Shown one piece after another: positions 25,467-35,082 of a DNA stretch of 53,623 nt. Each line of letters opens with the position of its first letter. The stretch's first letter is position 1. The notes below the pieces were generated by a model. It was not told the DNA's origin and did not search any database. It saw nothing but the letters and a program-made list of their open reading frames with translations. A program made the translations under genes and the position numbers. Source of the DNA: a virus (Duplodnaviria; Heunggongvirae; Uroviricota; Caudoviricetes); the IMG/VR virus record IMGVR_UViG_2718217807_000001; one strand, given 5' to 3'.

Positions 25467-25635
25467 TTGAAAGAGCCTGATTCTGTATGTTTTTAAAAGA
25501 AGAACTGCCAGATATATAAATATCCAGAGCACGGCTCTGTTTTTTTTAGTTTTTGGTTGCTTAGTAAACAACCACCACCAGAAAACAATTTGTTTTAAGG
25601 CGTCAGGAAGATGCCGAGCGGAATTAGAGGGAACT

Positions 25636-26226
25636 ATGACAGAAACCGCCAAAAAACCGCGCCTGTCTCCGGCGCAGTGGGCAGAGATTGAGGCAAAGTG
25701 GCGCTCCGGCGAATACACCTTATCAATGCTCGAAGAAGAGTACGGCACGCGCTCTGAAACCTTCTCGCGGTACTTCAAAAAGAAGGGTATCGCCAAAGGC
25801 TCCGACAGTGTCGGTGAGATGATTCGCGAGTCGCTTAAATCGGATGCAGAAATCCGTGCGCGTGCGCGTGCGCAGAAAATCGAAGAACGAAAAGAATCCT
25901 ACGATACCTGGGCGCAAAACATCGGTCGCTTGACCATGAAAGAGGTTCTGAGTGCCACCCGAGAGGGTAAGCCATTGGCGCTCATTGAGGACAACATCAA
26001 ATCGCTTCAGCGAGCCAGTGCGGTCATTCAGAAATGCTTTGACGTGACCAGTCGTGCGTTAGGTCTGGAAAAAGACGATGACATCAGTGACGAGATCCCG
26101 AATTTGGTCTTCGGTGAGCTGACATCAGCCCAGGTTAGCGAACTCAAGAAAATGGACGAGGATAATCTGGTCGATGACGTTGAGATGCTGGATGCGTTCG
26201 ATGAAGACGACGAGGGGGATGACTAA
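25636..26226 (+). CDS. Probable terminase small subunit
   Basis: N-terminal HTH (WAEIEAKWRSGEYTLSMLEEEYG), acidic tail, directly upstream of and overlapping the large terminase. Confidence 0.7.
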   Translation: MTETAKKPRLSPAQWAEIEAKWRSGEYTLSMLEEEYGTRSETFSRYFKKKGIAKGSDSVGEMIRESLKSDAEIRARARAQKIEERKESYDTWAQNIGRLTMKEVLSATREGKPLALIEDNIKSLQRASAVIQKCFDVTSRALGLEKDDDISDEIPNLVFGELTSAQVSELKKMDEDNLVDDVEMLDAFDEDDEGDD

Positions 26227-27482
26227 TGGCTATGCCATCCTCCCTGAGCTTGGTTCAGTTGCATTCGGGGCAGATGAGGGTCTTCAAGTCACCGCACCGC
26301 TTCAAGGTGGTGTGCGCCGGTCGACGCTGGGGCAAGTCACGACTGTCGATTTCTAAAATCATCAAAGCGGCCGCAGCTGACCGCAAACAGCGTGTCTGGT
26401 ACATCGCACCAACGTATCAGATGGCACGACAAATTCTGTGGGATGACCTTCAGGAAGTATTGCCTCGTAAGTGGATCGCGAAGAAAAACGATACCACGAT
26501 GACAATCATCCTGAAGAACGGCAGTGAGATCGCGCTAAAAGGGGCGGATAAGCCGGATACGCTTCGTGGTGTTGCTCTGAACTTTGTCGTACTGGATGAG
26601 TTTCAGGATATGAAGCCGGACACCTGGTACAAGGTGCTTCGACCGACGCTGTCGTCTACCCGCGGTGGTGCGCTGATCATCGGTACGCCAAAGGGCTTCT
26701 CAGAGTTCCATAAGCTATTCATGATCGGCCAGAACCCAGAGATGCAAGCAAAAGGGTTGTGGAAGAGCTGGCAGTTTGTGACGGCAGATTCTCCATTCGT
26801 CCCAGATAGCGAGATCGAAGCGGCCAAAAACGACATGGACCCTAAATCGTTCGCGCAGGAGTATCTTGCTTCGTTCGAAAATATGTCCGGTCGTGTGTAT
26901 TACCCGTTTGAACGTGGTGTGCATGTAAAGCCTCTGCAATTCAATCCACGCTTACCTATCTGGGTGGGGCAGGACTTCAACATCGACCCAATGTCATCGG
27001 TGATCCTGCAGCCGCAGCCTAACGGCGAAGTTTGGGCGATTGATGAGGTTGTCCTGTTCTCTTCCAACACGTCAGAAGTGTGTGATGAGTTGGAGAGACG
27101 GTATTGGCGCCAGAAAAGCCAGGTGACAGTTTTCCCTGACCCCGCTGGTGCATACCGACAGCACGCGCGAGGTGAATCGGATGTGGACATCTTCAAGGAG
27201 AAGGGGTTTATGCGAATTGACCATCCGAAGAAGCACCCGCCGATCGCTGACCGTGTGAACGCAGTAAACCGACTGCTACTGACCGCTTCAGGCGACGTGC
27301 GCATGTACATCGACCCGAAATGTAAGCATCTGATCGATTCACTGGAGAAGGTGGTTTATAAGCCAGGTGGCCGTGACATTGATAAAACTGGAAACGTCGA
27401 GCACAGCGCCGATGCCCTGGGTTATCCAATTCATCGTCGATTCCCGGTCAAGACTCGTGTTATTCTTGGTGGATCGAGATAA
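26226..27482 (+). CDS. Terminase large subunit
   Basis: CAGRRWGKS Walker A, VVLDEF Walker B, IIGTPKG, nuclease GQDFN and HSADALGY. Confidence 0.95.
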   Translation: MAMPSSLSLVQLHSGQMRVFKSPHRFKVVCAGRRWGKSRLSISKIIKAAAADRKQRVWYIAPTYQMARQILWDDLQEVLPRKWIAKKNDTTMTIILKNGSEIALKGADKPDTLRGVALNFVVLDEFQDMKPDTWYKVLRPTLSSTRGGALIIGTPKGFSEFHKLFMIGQNPEMQAKGLWKSWQFVTADSPFVPDSEIEAAKNDMDPKSFAQEYLASFENMSGRVYYPFERGVHVKPLQFNPRLPIWVGQDFNIDPMSSVILQPQPNGEVWAIDEVVLFSSNTSEVCDELERRYWRQKSQVTVFPDPAGAYRQHARGESDVDIFKEKGFMRIDHPKKHPPIADRVNAVNRLLLTASGDVRMYIDPKCKHLIDSLEKVVYKPGGRDIDKTGNVEHSADALGYPIHRRFPVKTRVILGGSR

Positions 27483-27513
27483 GTAAGTATTTACTAACGT
27501 AAGGATATGACAA

Positions 27514-29088
27514 ATGGAATTGTCTACTAAAATGATTCAGGATCTGGTGAACCGTCGCCATCCTGATTACGAAACGCGCAAAGCGCATTGGGACTTCATC
27601 GCGGCCACTTACGCTGGTGGCCGTACATGGTTTAAAGACAACATCTTCCGCTACTTCAAAGAGGGGGATGCTGAATTTAAAGAGCGACTGGAGCGTGCTT
27701 ACCGGTTTAACCACACTCGCGAAGTAGTGAACCTCATCAACAAATACCTGTTTAAAGAGGATATTCACCGCTGCGAGGACGACGCGCCGCAATCTGTAAA
27801 AGACTTTTGGAAACGTGCAACACGCCAGAACATGAATATCGATGACTTCATGGCCGAAGTCGACCTGCAGTCATCAATTTACGGTCGTATCTGGGTTGTC
27901 GTGGATAGCACTGTATCGGGTGAAATTGAGTCGAAAGAGGATCAGAAGAAATCTGACGGCCGCGCTTACGCCTATTGGGTATCGCCACAGCAGATGCTGG
28001 ATTGCGCGTGGGATGAAGAGGGTAATCTGAGCTGGATTCTGATCTGCGAAATCGGTCGTGATGACTCTGACCCTTTCAAATCCTCCGGCAAAGAGTTCCT
28101 TCGTTACCGTTTATGGACAAAGACCGACTGGTATCTGTTCCGTGAAGAGAAAAAGGGCTCACGCGCCGGCAATCGAGCGAAGGTGATTCTGGAAGATTAC
28201 GGTTCGCATGGCCTCGGCATGGTTCCGGTATTCCCGGTCGATTGTATGGGGCAGAGTGAGTCGCAGTATTTCAGCCCGTCGCTTATTGATGACATCGCTT
28301 ACCTCGACCGTGCCGTGGCGAACTATCTGTCTAACCTCGATGCCATCATCCAGGATCAGACATTTTCCCAGCTGGCCATCCCTGTTCAGTCGCTGTTGCC
28401 TGGCGACGAGAACCACAAAAAAGTGCTGGAGTTTGGTACGAAGCGCGTCTTCACCTACGACGGCGAAAACGGAGCGCAACCATTCTACCTGTCGCCGGAC
28501 CCGAAACAGGCGAGCATGATTATTTCGACCGTTCAGCAGATCATCAATGAGATCTATCACTCTGTCGGCGTGGCTGGTGAGCGGACGAAGCAGGACAACG
28601 CTAAGGGTATCGACAACTCCAGCGGCGCGGCCAAGCTGTATGACTTCCAGCGAGTGAATAGTCTGCTTATCAACAAATCAAGCCGCCTGCAGCGAGCCGA
28701 GGAAATGCTGATGAAGCTGGTGACTGCATGGATGGGTGACAAACTGCCAGAAGATGACGAGCTGGTGGCGTACCCTGAGAGCTTCGACATTCGTGGTCTG
28801 ACTGACGAGTTCAGTGTTGCCCAGAACCTGCAATTGCTCCAGGCACCGGATTCTGTGCGTCGTTATCAGATGGAGATCCTGATTGATAAAATCTTCCCGA
28901 ACCTCCCGAAAGAGAAAATGAAGGAGATTGAGAAAGATTTATTGCAATTTCCTCCAAAAAATGAACCTATGGGGGTTGAAAGTAAGTTAGCACTTACTTA
29001 TGATAAAGGTACAGCCCGAGAAACTGGGCAAGAGAAGTCCCAAGGAACAGGGAAAACATCACCCAAGAAACCGGGTAATGACGAATAA
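27514..29088 (+). CDS. Portal protein
   Basis: 524 aa, immediately after terL. NYLSNLD, SGAAKLYDF and YPESFDI features. Confidence 0.85.
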   Translation: MELSTKMIQDLVNRRHPDYETRKAHWDFIAATYAGGRTWFKDNIFRYFKEGDAEFKERLERAYRFNHTREVVNLINKYLFKEDIHRCEDDAPQSVKDFWKRATRQNMNIDDFMAEVDLQSSIYGRIWVVVDSTVSGEIESKEDQKKSDGRAYAYWVSPQQMLDCAWDEEGNLSWILICEIGRDDSDPFKSSGKEFLRYRLWTKTDWYLFREEKKGSRAGNRAKVILEDYGSHGLGMVPVFPVDCMGQSESQYFSPSLIDDIAYLDRAVANYLSNLDAIIQDQTFSQLAIPVQSLLPGDENHKKVLEFGTKRVFTYDGENGAQPFYLSPDPKQASMIISTVQQIINEIYHSVGVAGERTKQDNAKGIDNSSGAAKLYDFQRVNSLLINKSSRLQRAEEMLMKLVTAWMGDKLPEDDELVAYPESFDIRGLTDEFSVAQNLQLLQAPDSVRRYQMEILIDKIFPNLPKEKMKEIEKDLLQFPPKNEPMGVESKLALTYDKGTARETGQEKSQGTGKTSPKKPGNDE

Positions 29089-29100
29089 AAGGATTTTTGA

Positions 29101-29967
29101 ATGAAGTTATGGCAGTGGATGCAGCTGGCCCATACCGGGTACATGGACGTTGCGGGCAAAGAAGAGTTAGGCGGTGGCGGTGGCGGTGGTGAATCCGGCG
29201 CAGAAGTTTCAGATGTTGAGAAGGGCGCAGCCCAAATTGACGATCTGGATGGTCTGAGTGCTGAAGAGCTGATTGCTAAAGTCCGTGAAGAGCGTAAAAC
29301 CTCCGCGACTTTGCTGAAAGAAAGCATGAAGCGAAAAGGCAACGAGCAATCTCTGAAGGAAAAGCTGGCTCAGTACGGTGATATTGCACCGGAACGCGCC
29401 ATCGAGTTAGTCCAAGCTGAGTCCGCTGCTCAAAAAGCTCGTGAAGACGCGGAGCGTCTGGAGCTAGAACGCCGCGGCGAATTTGACGCTGTTAAAAAGC
29501 AGATGGTCGAAGCGCACGGCAAAGATCTGGAAGGTCGTGACACTCGCATCGCTGAACTCGAAGCGGTTATCGCTGGCATGAAAGGTGAGCTGGTTGAGAA
29601 AACCATCGGAACCTCTTTTAGCGAGTCCAACTTCCTGCGTGAGAAAGTCCTGATGACCCCAGCAAAGGCTCGTGTCATTTACGGCGCTCACTTTGAGATT
29701 GGCGAAGACGGCCGCGTCGTTGGTTTTGACAAACCAGCTGGCGCAAAAGATCGCACGGTTATGGTTGATGGACAAGGTAGTCCACTGGCGTTTGAAAGTG
29801 CTATTGAGCGCATTCTGCGTGCTGACCCTGAAGCTGACGCTTTGCTGCGCAGTGAAGCTAAGCAAGGTGCTCACTCTAAGACCACCACCAAACCGAAACT
29901 GAATACCGAAACCAAGATGTCGACACTGGATAAGTTGACCGCTGGCATTGGTAAATTGAACAAGTAA
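29101..29967 (+). CDS. Capsid scaffolding protein
   Basis: Charged coiled-coil protein between portal and major capsid genes. Confidence 0.75.
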   Translation: MKLWQWMQLAHTGYMDVAGKEELGGGGGGGESGAEVSDVEKGAAQIDDLDGLSAEELIAKVREERKTSATLLKESMKRKGNEQSLKEKLAQYGDIAPERAIELVQAESAAQKAREDAERLELERRGEFDAVKKQMVEAHGKDLEGRDTRIAELEAVIAGMKGELVEKTIGTSFSESNFLREKVLMTPAKARVIYGAHFEIGEDGRVVGFDKPAGAKDRTVMVDGQGSPLAFESAIERILRADPEADALLRSEAKQGAHSKTTTKPKLNTETKMSTLDKLTAGIGKLNK

Positions 29968-29996
29968 CAAACATCTTAATCATAAGGAAATGAAAG

Positions 29997-30869
29997 ATGC
30001 CTTTACTGCGTGAAGAAGCTGAAAAGCTGAGTAATAACGAACTGGAGCAGGGCGTAATCGAAACGATTATCGACCGTGATGACCTGTTTGCAATCCTGCC
30101 GTTCTTCAAAGTGAACAGCAAAGCCTATCTGTACAACCGCGAAGCGACCCTGTCTGAAGCCGGTTTCATCGACGTGAACGATGTGATCCCTGAAGGCGCT
30201 GCAACCTTCTCCGAACATACCGCGAAGCTGCGTATTATGGCCGGTGATGTGGATGTTGATAAATTCCTGGCTACCACCATGGATGACACCAACAGCCAGC
30301 TGGCGATTCAGATCCGCGCGAAAGTGAAAGGTCTGGCGCGTGCGTTCCGCCGCAATCTGATCCAGGGTGACGAAACTCTGAATCCGAAGTCCTTCAACGG
30401 TATCGCGAAGCTGATGGCTGCGGACCAGAACATCGCGGCTAACGCCTCTATGACCTTCTCCATGCTCGATGAGCTGGTGGATGCGGTTAAAGATCTGGGC
30501 GCTGACTGCCTGATGGTTCGCTCCGAGCACCTGCGTGCTTATCGTGCGCTGCTGCGTACCGTAAACGCTGGCCCAAGCGAAATCATGGTGGAGAACTTCG
30601 GTCGACCGATGCTGACCCACAACGGCATTCCGTTCATCGTGAACGACTTTATCCCGGTTACTGACGGCGCGGCTCCGATTTACTGTCTGCACATGTCCGA
30701 AGAGAACGGCCTGTCCGGTATCTACGGCGGTGACAATGCCGGTATCGTTGTCGAGTCCATCGGCACCGTTCAGGATAAAGACGCAACCCGTACCCGCGTT
30801 AAGTGGTACACCGGTCTGGTTAACAAGCATGACAAAGCCATTGCAGCTCTGGGCGGCGTTAAGATTTAA
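29997..30869 (+). CDS. Major capsid protein
   Basis: 290 aa. GDVDVDKFL, FNGIAKL and GIPFIVNDFIP; strong codon bias. Confidence 0.9.
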   Translation: MPLLREEAEKLSNNELEQGVIETIIDRDDLFAILPFFKVNSKAYLYNREATLSEAGFIDVNDVIPEGAATFSEHTAKLRIMAGDVDVDKFLATTMDDTNSQLAIQIRAKVKGLARAFRRNLIQGDETLNPKSFNGIAKLMAADQNIAANASMTFSMLDELVDAVKDLGADCLMVRSEHLRAYRALLRTVNAGPSEIMVENFGRPMLTHNGIPFIVNDFIPVTDGAAPIYCLHMSEENGLSGIYGGDNAGIVVESIGTVQDKDATRTRVKWYTGLVNKHDKAIAALGGVKI

Positions 30870-30878
30870 TTAGATTAG

Positions 30879-30896
30879 TAAGTAAATGCTTACTTA
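30879..30896. promoter_or_regulatory. Palindrome TAAGTAA-N4-TTACTTA (representative copy)
   Basis: Related copies at 1285, 2334, 3471, 15704, 21733, 27480, 28980, 34529 and 40948, all just upstream of gene starts. Confidence 0.7.
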
Positions 30897-30900
30897 ATTA

Positions 30901-30930
30901 ACGGGTGGGCTTGCGCCCACCCTTTTTTTT
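30901..30930 (+). terminator. Intrinsic terminator after the capsid gene
   Basis: GGGTGGGC-TT-GCGCCCACCC followed by a long T run. Confidence 0.8.
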
Positions 30931-30942
30931 TGAAGGAAAGAT

Positions 30943-31386
30943 ATGCCTGAGCAAAAAATGAAAATCACGGACGAGCAGTTCACTGATTTCACCGGAACGA
31001 TGTTTAACACACCGTTTACCAAATCAGTGTCTGACACGCCGATGACTGAGTACCGCCAGAATCGCCTGGCCGCATGTTTCAAGTCTGAACCGCACAAAGA
31101 TGCGGCCGCTATCATTCACGTCCAGAGCGTAACGGTTTCCCCGAAGACGGCGACGGTGCTGGTGGGTGAGACGGTTCAGCTGGGAGGCACTATCAAGCCT
31201 GATAACGCCACTGACCGCTCTTACCATTGGGTGACTGACGATTCCGGCATTGCGACCGTCGATGCGTCTGGTCTGGTGAAAGGTGTAGCCGAAGGCAGTG
31301 TGAAGATTCGTCTGGTTGCTAATGATGGCTCTGTATTCGACGAAGCGGCTATCACCGTAAACAATCCAGAGACAGTCCAAGTTTAA
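30943..31386 (+). CDS. Ig-like (Big_2) domain virion protein
   Basis: VQSVTVSPKTATVLVGETVQL...WVTDDSGIATVDASGLVKGVAEGSVKI. Confidence 0.85.
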   Translation: MPEQKMKITDEQFTDFTGTMFNTPFTKSVSDTPMTEYRQNRLAACFKSEPHKDAAAIIHVQSVTVSPKTATVLVGETVQLGGTIKPDNATDRSYHWVTDDSGIATVDASGLVKGVAEGSVKIRLVANDGSVFDEAAITVNNPETVQV

Positions 31387-31427
31387 CCAAAAGGGCGTCA
31401 TATGGCGCCCACATTCAGGGATAGAAA

Positions 31428-31853
31428 ATGAAAAGTGCAAAAGTGAAGTTGCTGGAATCGACCTTTAAGGGATACACCGGTCTGCTTTGTGGCGTTCAGT
31501 TCGAAGATGGTGTTTCTGTCGAAGAGCTACCGTTTGTGGATCAGCAGCGTATCTGCGCGTCGATGCGTGCGGAAACCGTTGATGGCCGCAATGTTTCGGC
31601 AGCTGGCGCTTATAGCGAGCGATACTCCGTTAATGCTGAGGCCGTTAAGGAACATGTCGCAGAGCCAGTGACCAATCTCGCTCGCGGTACTGTCGAGCCG
31701 GGTGTTCAGATCTACACGCGTGAAGAGCTTGAGGCTGTCGCTGATAGTGAAGGGATCGCGGGTCTGCGTTTGATTGGTGGGGTAGTAGGCGTGAAGGCCA
31801 AAGGCATCGTAGAGATGATTGACGGCATTCTGAAAGCGCAAGGCGGCGTGTAA
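31428..31853 (+). CDS. Hypothetical virion-module protein
   Basis: Position in the head-tail module; N-terminus paralogous to the preceding gene. Confidence 0.7.
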   Translation: MKSAKVKLLESTFKGYTGLLCGVQFEDGVSVEELPFVDQQRICASMRAETVDGRNVSAAGAYSERYSVNAEAVKEHVAEPVTNLARGTVEPGVQIYTREELEAVADSEGIAGLRLIGGVVGVKAKGIVEMIDGILKAQGGV

Positions 31854-32686
31854 TGGAGCAGCTTGGCGTTTATAAAGACGGGGATGATGTCACGCTGCGC
31901 TTTTCTCTCGATGTGATGAGCGCCACCTCAGCCAGTTACTCTGTGAAAGACGCCAGCGGAAATATCGTCACGTCCGGCGTCGATGTCCCTGTCTCTGATG
32001 GGCAGATGTTTGTCACTATCACTGTCCCTGGGGCGATTAACGCTCTGGGTGAGCGTGAACGCGATTTGCGACGCGTTACGCTATCAGTTGATGCAGGTGG
32101 CGCTTTCATTACCAAAGAGCAGCAGTACATCGTTTTACGCAGTTTTGAACTGTCTGTCCCGAAGCAGTCGTTTATCTCCATTGGCGAAGCGCAGCTACAG
32201 GCGATCGACATGCTTAACGGCGGAAGTTTACTAACCGGTGGCGAAGGGGACCTGCGGCGTCAGCTGATTGAGGCAACGAAGCGCATTAAGTCGATGTCGT
32301 TTTCAATTCGTCGGATCTATGGCATGGATTGGGATGATTATGATCGCCCTCAGAATATGCTTCAGACGTCGACTCTGCCTTTCCGCTGGGCAGGTCAGTA
32401 CACCTCCGACATTGTTGATTGGGATAAGCTGACCGACGATGACTTTATGGAGTTTCCAGAAGTCTTCCGAAACGCACTTGCACTGGCCGTTGTGAATGAA
32501 GCCAGTGAGATTGCCGGTGGCAGTGATATTCAGCGTGCGCGTGAGGATGGGATCGTCTCTGAATCGATTGGCGAAACGACCATGGCTTACCGCCAGGGTA
32601 AAGGTGCTGTCTCTATTGTCGCCAAAACGACGTGGAGAATGTTGCTGAAGTACATGGATAACCGCGTCATCGTGCGCAGACAGTAA
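31853..32686 (+). CDS. Probable head-tail adaptor
   Basis: Position. C-terminal GIVSESIGETTMAY...LLKYM motif of gp15/gp6-like adaptors. Confidence 0.6.
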   Translation: MEQLGVYKDGDDVTLRFSLDVMSATSASYSVKDASGNIVTSGVDVPVSDGQMFVTITVPGAINALGERERDLRRVTLSVDAGGAFITKEQQYIVLRSFELSVPKQSFISIGEAQLQAIDMLNGGSLLTGGEGDLRRQLIEATKRIKSMSFSIRRIYGMDWDDYDRPQNMLQTSTLPFRWAGQYTSDIVDWDKLTDDDFMEFPEVFRNALALAVVNEASEIAGGSDIQRAREDGIVSESIGETTMAYRQGKGAVSIVAKTTWRMLLKYMDNRVIVRRQ

Positions 32687-32696
32687 GGCGGGTCAA

Positions 32697-33041
32697 ATGG
32701 ATATTGCCTGGCAGGTTGAGGGCGCTCTGTACAAGAAAGGTGGTATGGACTTGTACGGAGAGGCGAAATACGAGTTCGCTGCTCAGATAAAGATGGGCGC
32801 CGTTTCGTTCGTTGACAGTATCGATAAAACGTCTGTTCGTGCGGATAGTTCTGCAAGCCGTGGTAAGGCGGAGATTGCGCTGTTTGATGCAGTCTTCATC
32901 GTGCCACTGTCAGCGCCGATCGCCAAGGAGGATGTGCTTATCGTTAGCGGCAAAAAAATGCGAGTCGAAAGCATCCACCAGCGATGGGGGTTACGCGGCC
33001 GTCCGGGGCATTATGAAGTCGGGGCGAATATATGGGTTTAA
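32697..33041 (+). CDS. Probable head closure protein
   Basis: Size, position and beta-rich sequence. Confidence 0.55.
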   Translation: MDIAWQVEGALYKKGGMDLYGEAKYEFAAQIKMGAVSFVDSIDKTSVRADSSASRGKAEIALFDAVFIVPLSAPIAKEDVLIVSGKKMRVESIHQRWGLRGRPGHYEVGANIWV

Positions 33042-33526
33042 ACATCAACACGCTGAATCTGAAGAAGGCCCAGAGTCGTCTCAGCAACAGCCAGAAAGCC
33101 TATAAACGCGTGCTTGTCTCTGAGATGGCGAAGCTGGCTAATGTCGCTCAGAGAATGGCAAGAGCAATGGCCCCGATGGAAACCGGATCGCTTGAAAGCG
33201 CCATTTTTGCTCGCGTGGTAAAGACCGGTTACGACAGCTTGCACATCGAAATGAAGGTTGATGAAAGCCGGCCAAGACAGAGTAATGGGACTGTGAAGGT
33301 TAAGCCCGGCACTACGGTTGGTGATTATGCGCTCTATATGGAAAAGCACAAATATAGCCTCGGTGCCGGTTCTATTTTGAAGCAGATGACACAGGGGCCG
33401 GTAGATAATCGGAGGGTTAACGTCGGGCGTCGGTACATGGAAAGAGCCGTCGAATACATCCGAAAGCGGTTCCCTGAAATAGTTGAAGATTCAGCGAGAA
33501 AAGCTGGTTTCATAAGGAGACGATAA
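33032..33526 (+). CDS. Probable neck / HK97 gp10-like protein
   Basis: ARAMAPMETGSLESAI, DYALYME and GRRYMERAV motifs. Confidence 0.7.
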   Translation: MGLNINTLNLKKAQSRLSNSQKAYKRVLVSEMAKLANVAQRMARAMAPMETGSLESAIFARVVKTGYDSLHIEMKVDESRPRQSNGTVKVKPGTTVGDYALYMEKHKYSLGAGSILKQMTQGPVDNRRVNVGRRYMERAVEYIRKRFPEIVEDSARKAGFIRRR

Positions 33527-33906
33527 TGTTTGTTGAGGGATTAGCAATGCACCTGGCAAAAATGGGGATTGGGAAGGCCGGGTCGAATGTCTTTGCCGAC
33601 GCCATGCCGCAGGATGTCAAAAGTGCGGTGATGGTGACATCGCCGACCAGTGGTATCTCCGTAGATCATGAGTTACGAGATTTTTATATGGACTCTATGC
33701 TGATTGTGGTGCGCGACGTTTCTCTTTCCACCGCACAAAAGAAGATGAGAGCAATTAGTGATCTGCTTCCTGCGGAAGATATTACGTCAAATGGGGTCTT
33801 TTTTAAGATGGTTAGACCAATGACCCTGCCAGTCGTTTACCCAAGAAATGATGGTGCAATGTTCGAAATAGGGTTACCGGTGGAATTTGCCGGGTATATG
33901 TTGTAG
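33526..33906 (+). CDS. Probable tail terminator / minor tail protein
   Basis: Size and position immediately before the tail tube region. Confidence 0.6.
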   Translation: MFVEGLAMHLAKMGIGKAGSNVFADAMPQDVKSAVMVTSPTSGISVDHELRDFYMDSMLIVVRDVSLSTAQKKMRAISDLLPAEDITSNGVFFKMVRPMTLPVVYPRNDGAMFEIGLPVEFAGYML

Positions 33907-33998
33907 TTTCCTGGCCGCTTCGTGCGGCTTTTTCGTTTGCATGGCCGCTCGAACCTTTTGAATATTAGTAGATAAAAATGGAATGGTCGGATTAAAAA

Positions 33999-34439
33999 AT
34001 GAAGAAAACGTTGATTGGGTTGGTTGTTGGTTTATCGGTCGTTATTACGGGTTGTGACGATAATAAGATGGAAACCGAAGCGATTGAATTTGCGAAGATG
34101 AAGGTCAAGACCCGTCTGGCAGACCCAGAGTCGGCGACATTTTCAGATATGAAGTTCGTTGATCTTCATGCAGAGAACAAGCTCCCGTTTGGCGAGTATA
34201 TCGTGTGCGGCAAGGTTAAAGGCAGGGACGCCCATGGCAATGATTTTGAAACTGAATTTGCTTCTGACCTAATCCTTGAGACAAAAAAATTCAACGATCA
34301 GGAAAAAGATTTTCTTACCGATATATACCCGCGCTATGACTTCGTGACCGGTATGATTAATCGAGAGTATTACAATTACGCAACCGCCTGCTCCGATGGG
34401 GTCGAGGCGTACCAGAAGAAAATGAATAAAAAAGATTAA
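33999..34439 (+). CDS. Lipoprotein, moron-like insertion
   Basis: MKKTLIGLVVGLSVVITGC lipobox and VKTRLADPESATF...VCGKV. Sits after a terminator at ~33912-33933 inside the structural operon. Confidence 0.75.
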   Translation: MKKTLIGLVVGLSVVITGCDDNKMETEAIEFAKMKVKTRLADPESATFSDMKFVDLHAENKLPFGEYIVCGKVKGRDAHGNDFETEFASDLILETKKFNDQEKDFLTDIYPRYDFVTGMINREYYNYATACSDGVEAYQKKMNKKD

Positions 34440-34590
34440 AAAAAGCAGGCAGTTGGCTACGGGGGTGATGGCCCCCATTTCCCTTCTAAGTTTATACCAA
34501 GCGCACTTATGATATTGCAATGCTTAAATAAGTGAGTATATACTTACTTACTGTCAAGATGACGAAACCGGTAAAAGGAGTTTACCAAGA

Positions 34591-35082
34591 ATGGCTAATA
34601 CCCATGTAAAAAATATCAAACTAGGTGCCTGTGCAGTGACCTTTGCAGGTGCTGATCTGGGTTACACAAAGGGCGGTGTAGAGGTGGAAGTTTCTACCGA
34701 AACCCTGAAAGTGACCGTTGACCAGTTAGGCCAAACCACCATCTCTGAGCTGATTCAGGGTCGTAACATCAAAGTAACCGTACCGCTGGCCGAAAGCGTG
34801 CTTGCGAACATGGTTAACCTGATGCCTGGTTCTAGTATGTCAACCGACAGCAAAACGCTGAGCATCAAATCGGCGCAGGGCGTCAACCTCGTTGATGTTG
34901 CTCAGGAATTGGTACTGACCCCGCAAGATGGTACTGACTTCATTCTGACTCTACCGAAAGCCGCTACCGGTGGTAACTTCACCATGGCTTATAAGTCAGA
35001 TGATGTTCGCGTGTTCTCTGTTGAGTTCAATGCGTACCCGGATGACACCGGCGTGTTGGGGACTCTCTCGGCCCCAAAGTAA
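34591..35082 (+). CDS. Major tail (tube) protein
   Basis: LGYTKGGVEVE and FSVEFNAYPD; AAGGAG RBS. Confidence 0.85.
   Translation: MANTHVKNIKLGACAVTFAGADLGYTKGGVEVEVSTETLKVTVDQLGQTTISELIQGRNIKVTVPLAESVLANMVNLMPGSSMSTDSKTLSIKSAQGVNLVDVAQELVLTPQDGTDFILTLPKAATGGNFTMAYKSDDVRVFSVEFNAYPDDTGVLGTLSAPK

Noticed and set aside
30003-30830. 275-aa minus-strand ORF and similar antisense ORFs over scaffold, terminase and tape measure genes
   Set aside because: Exact antisense to strongly codon-biased genes, a common artefact; no motifs.
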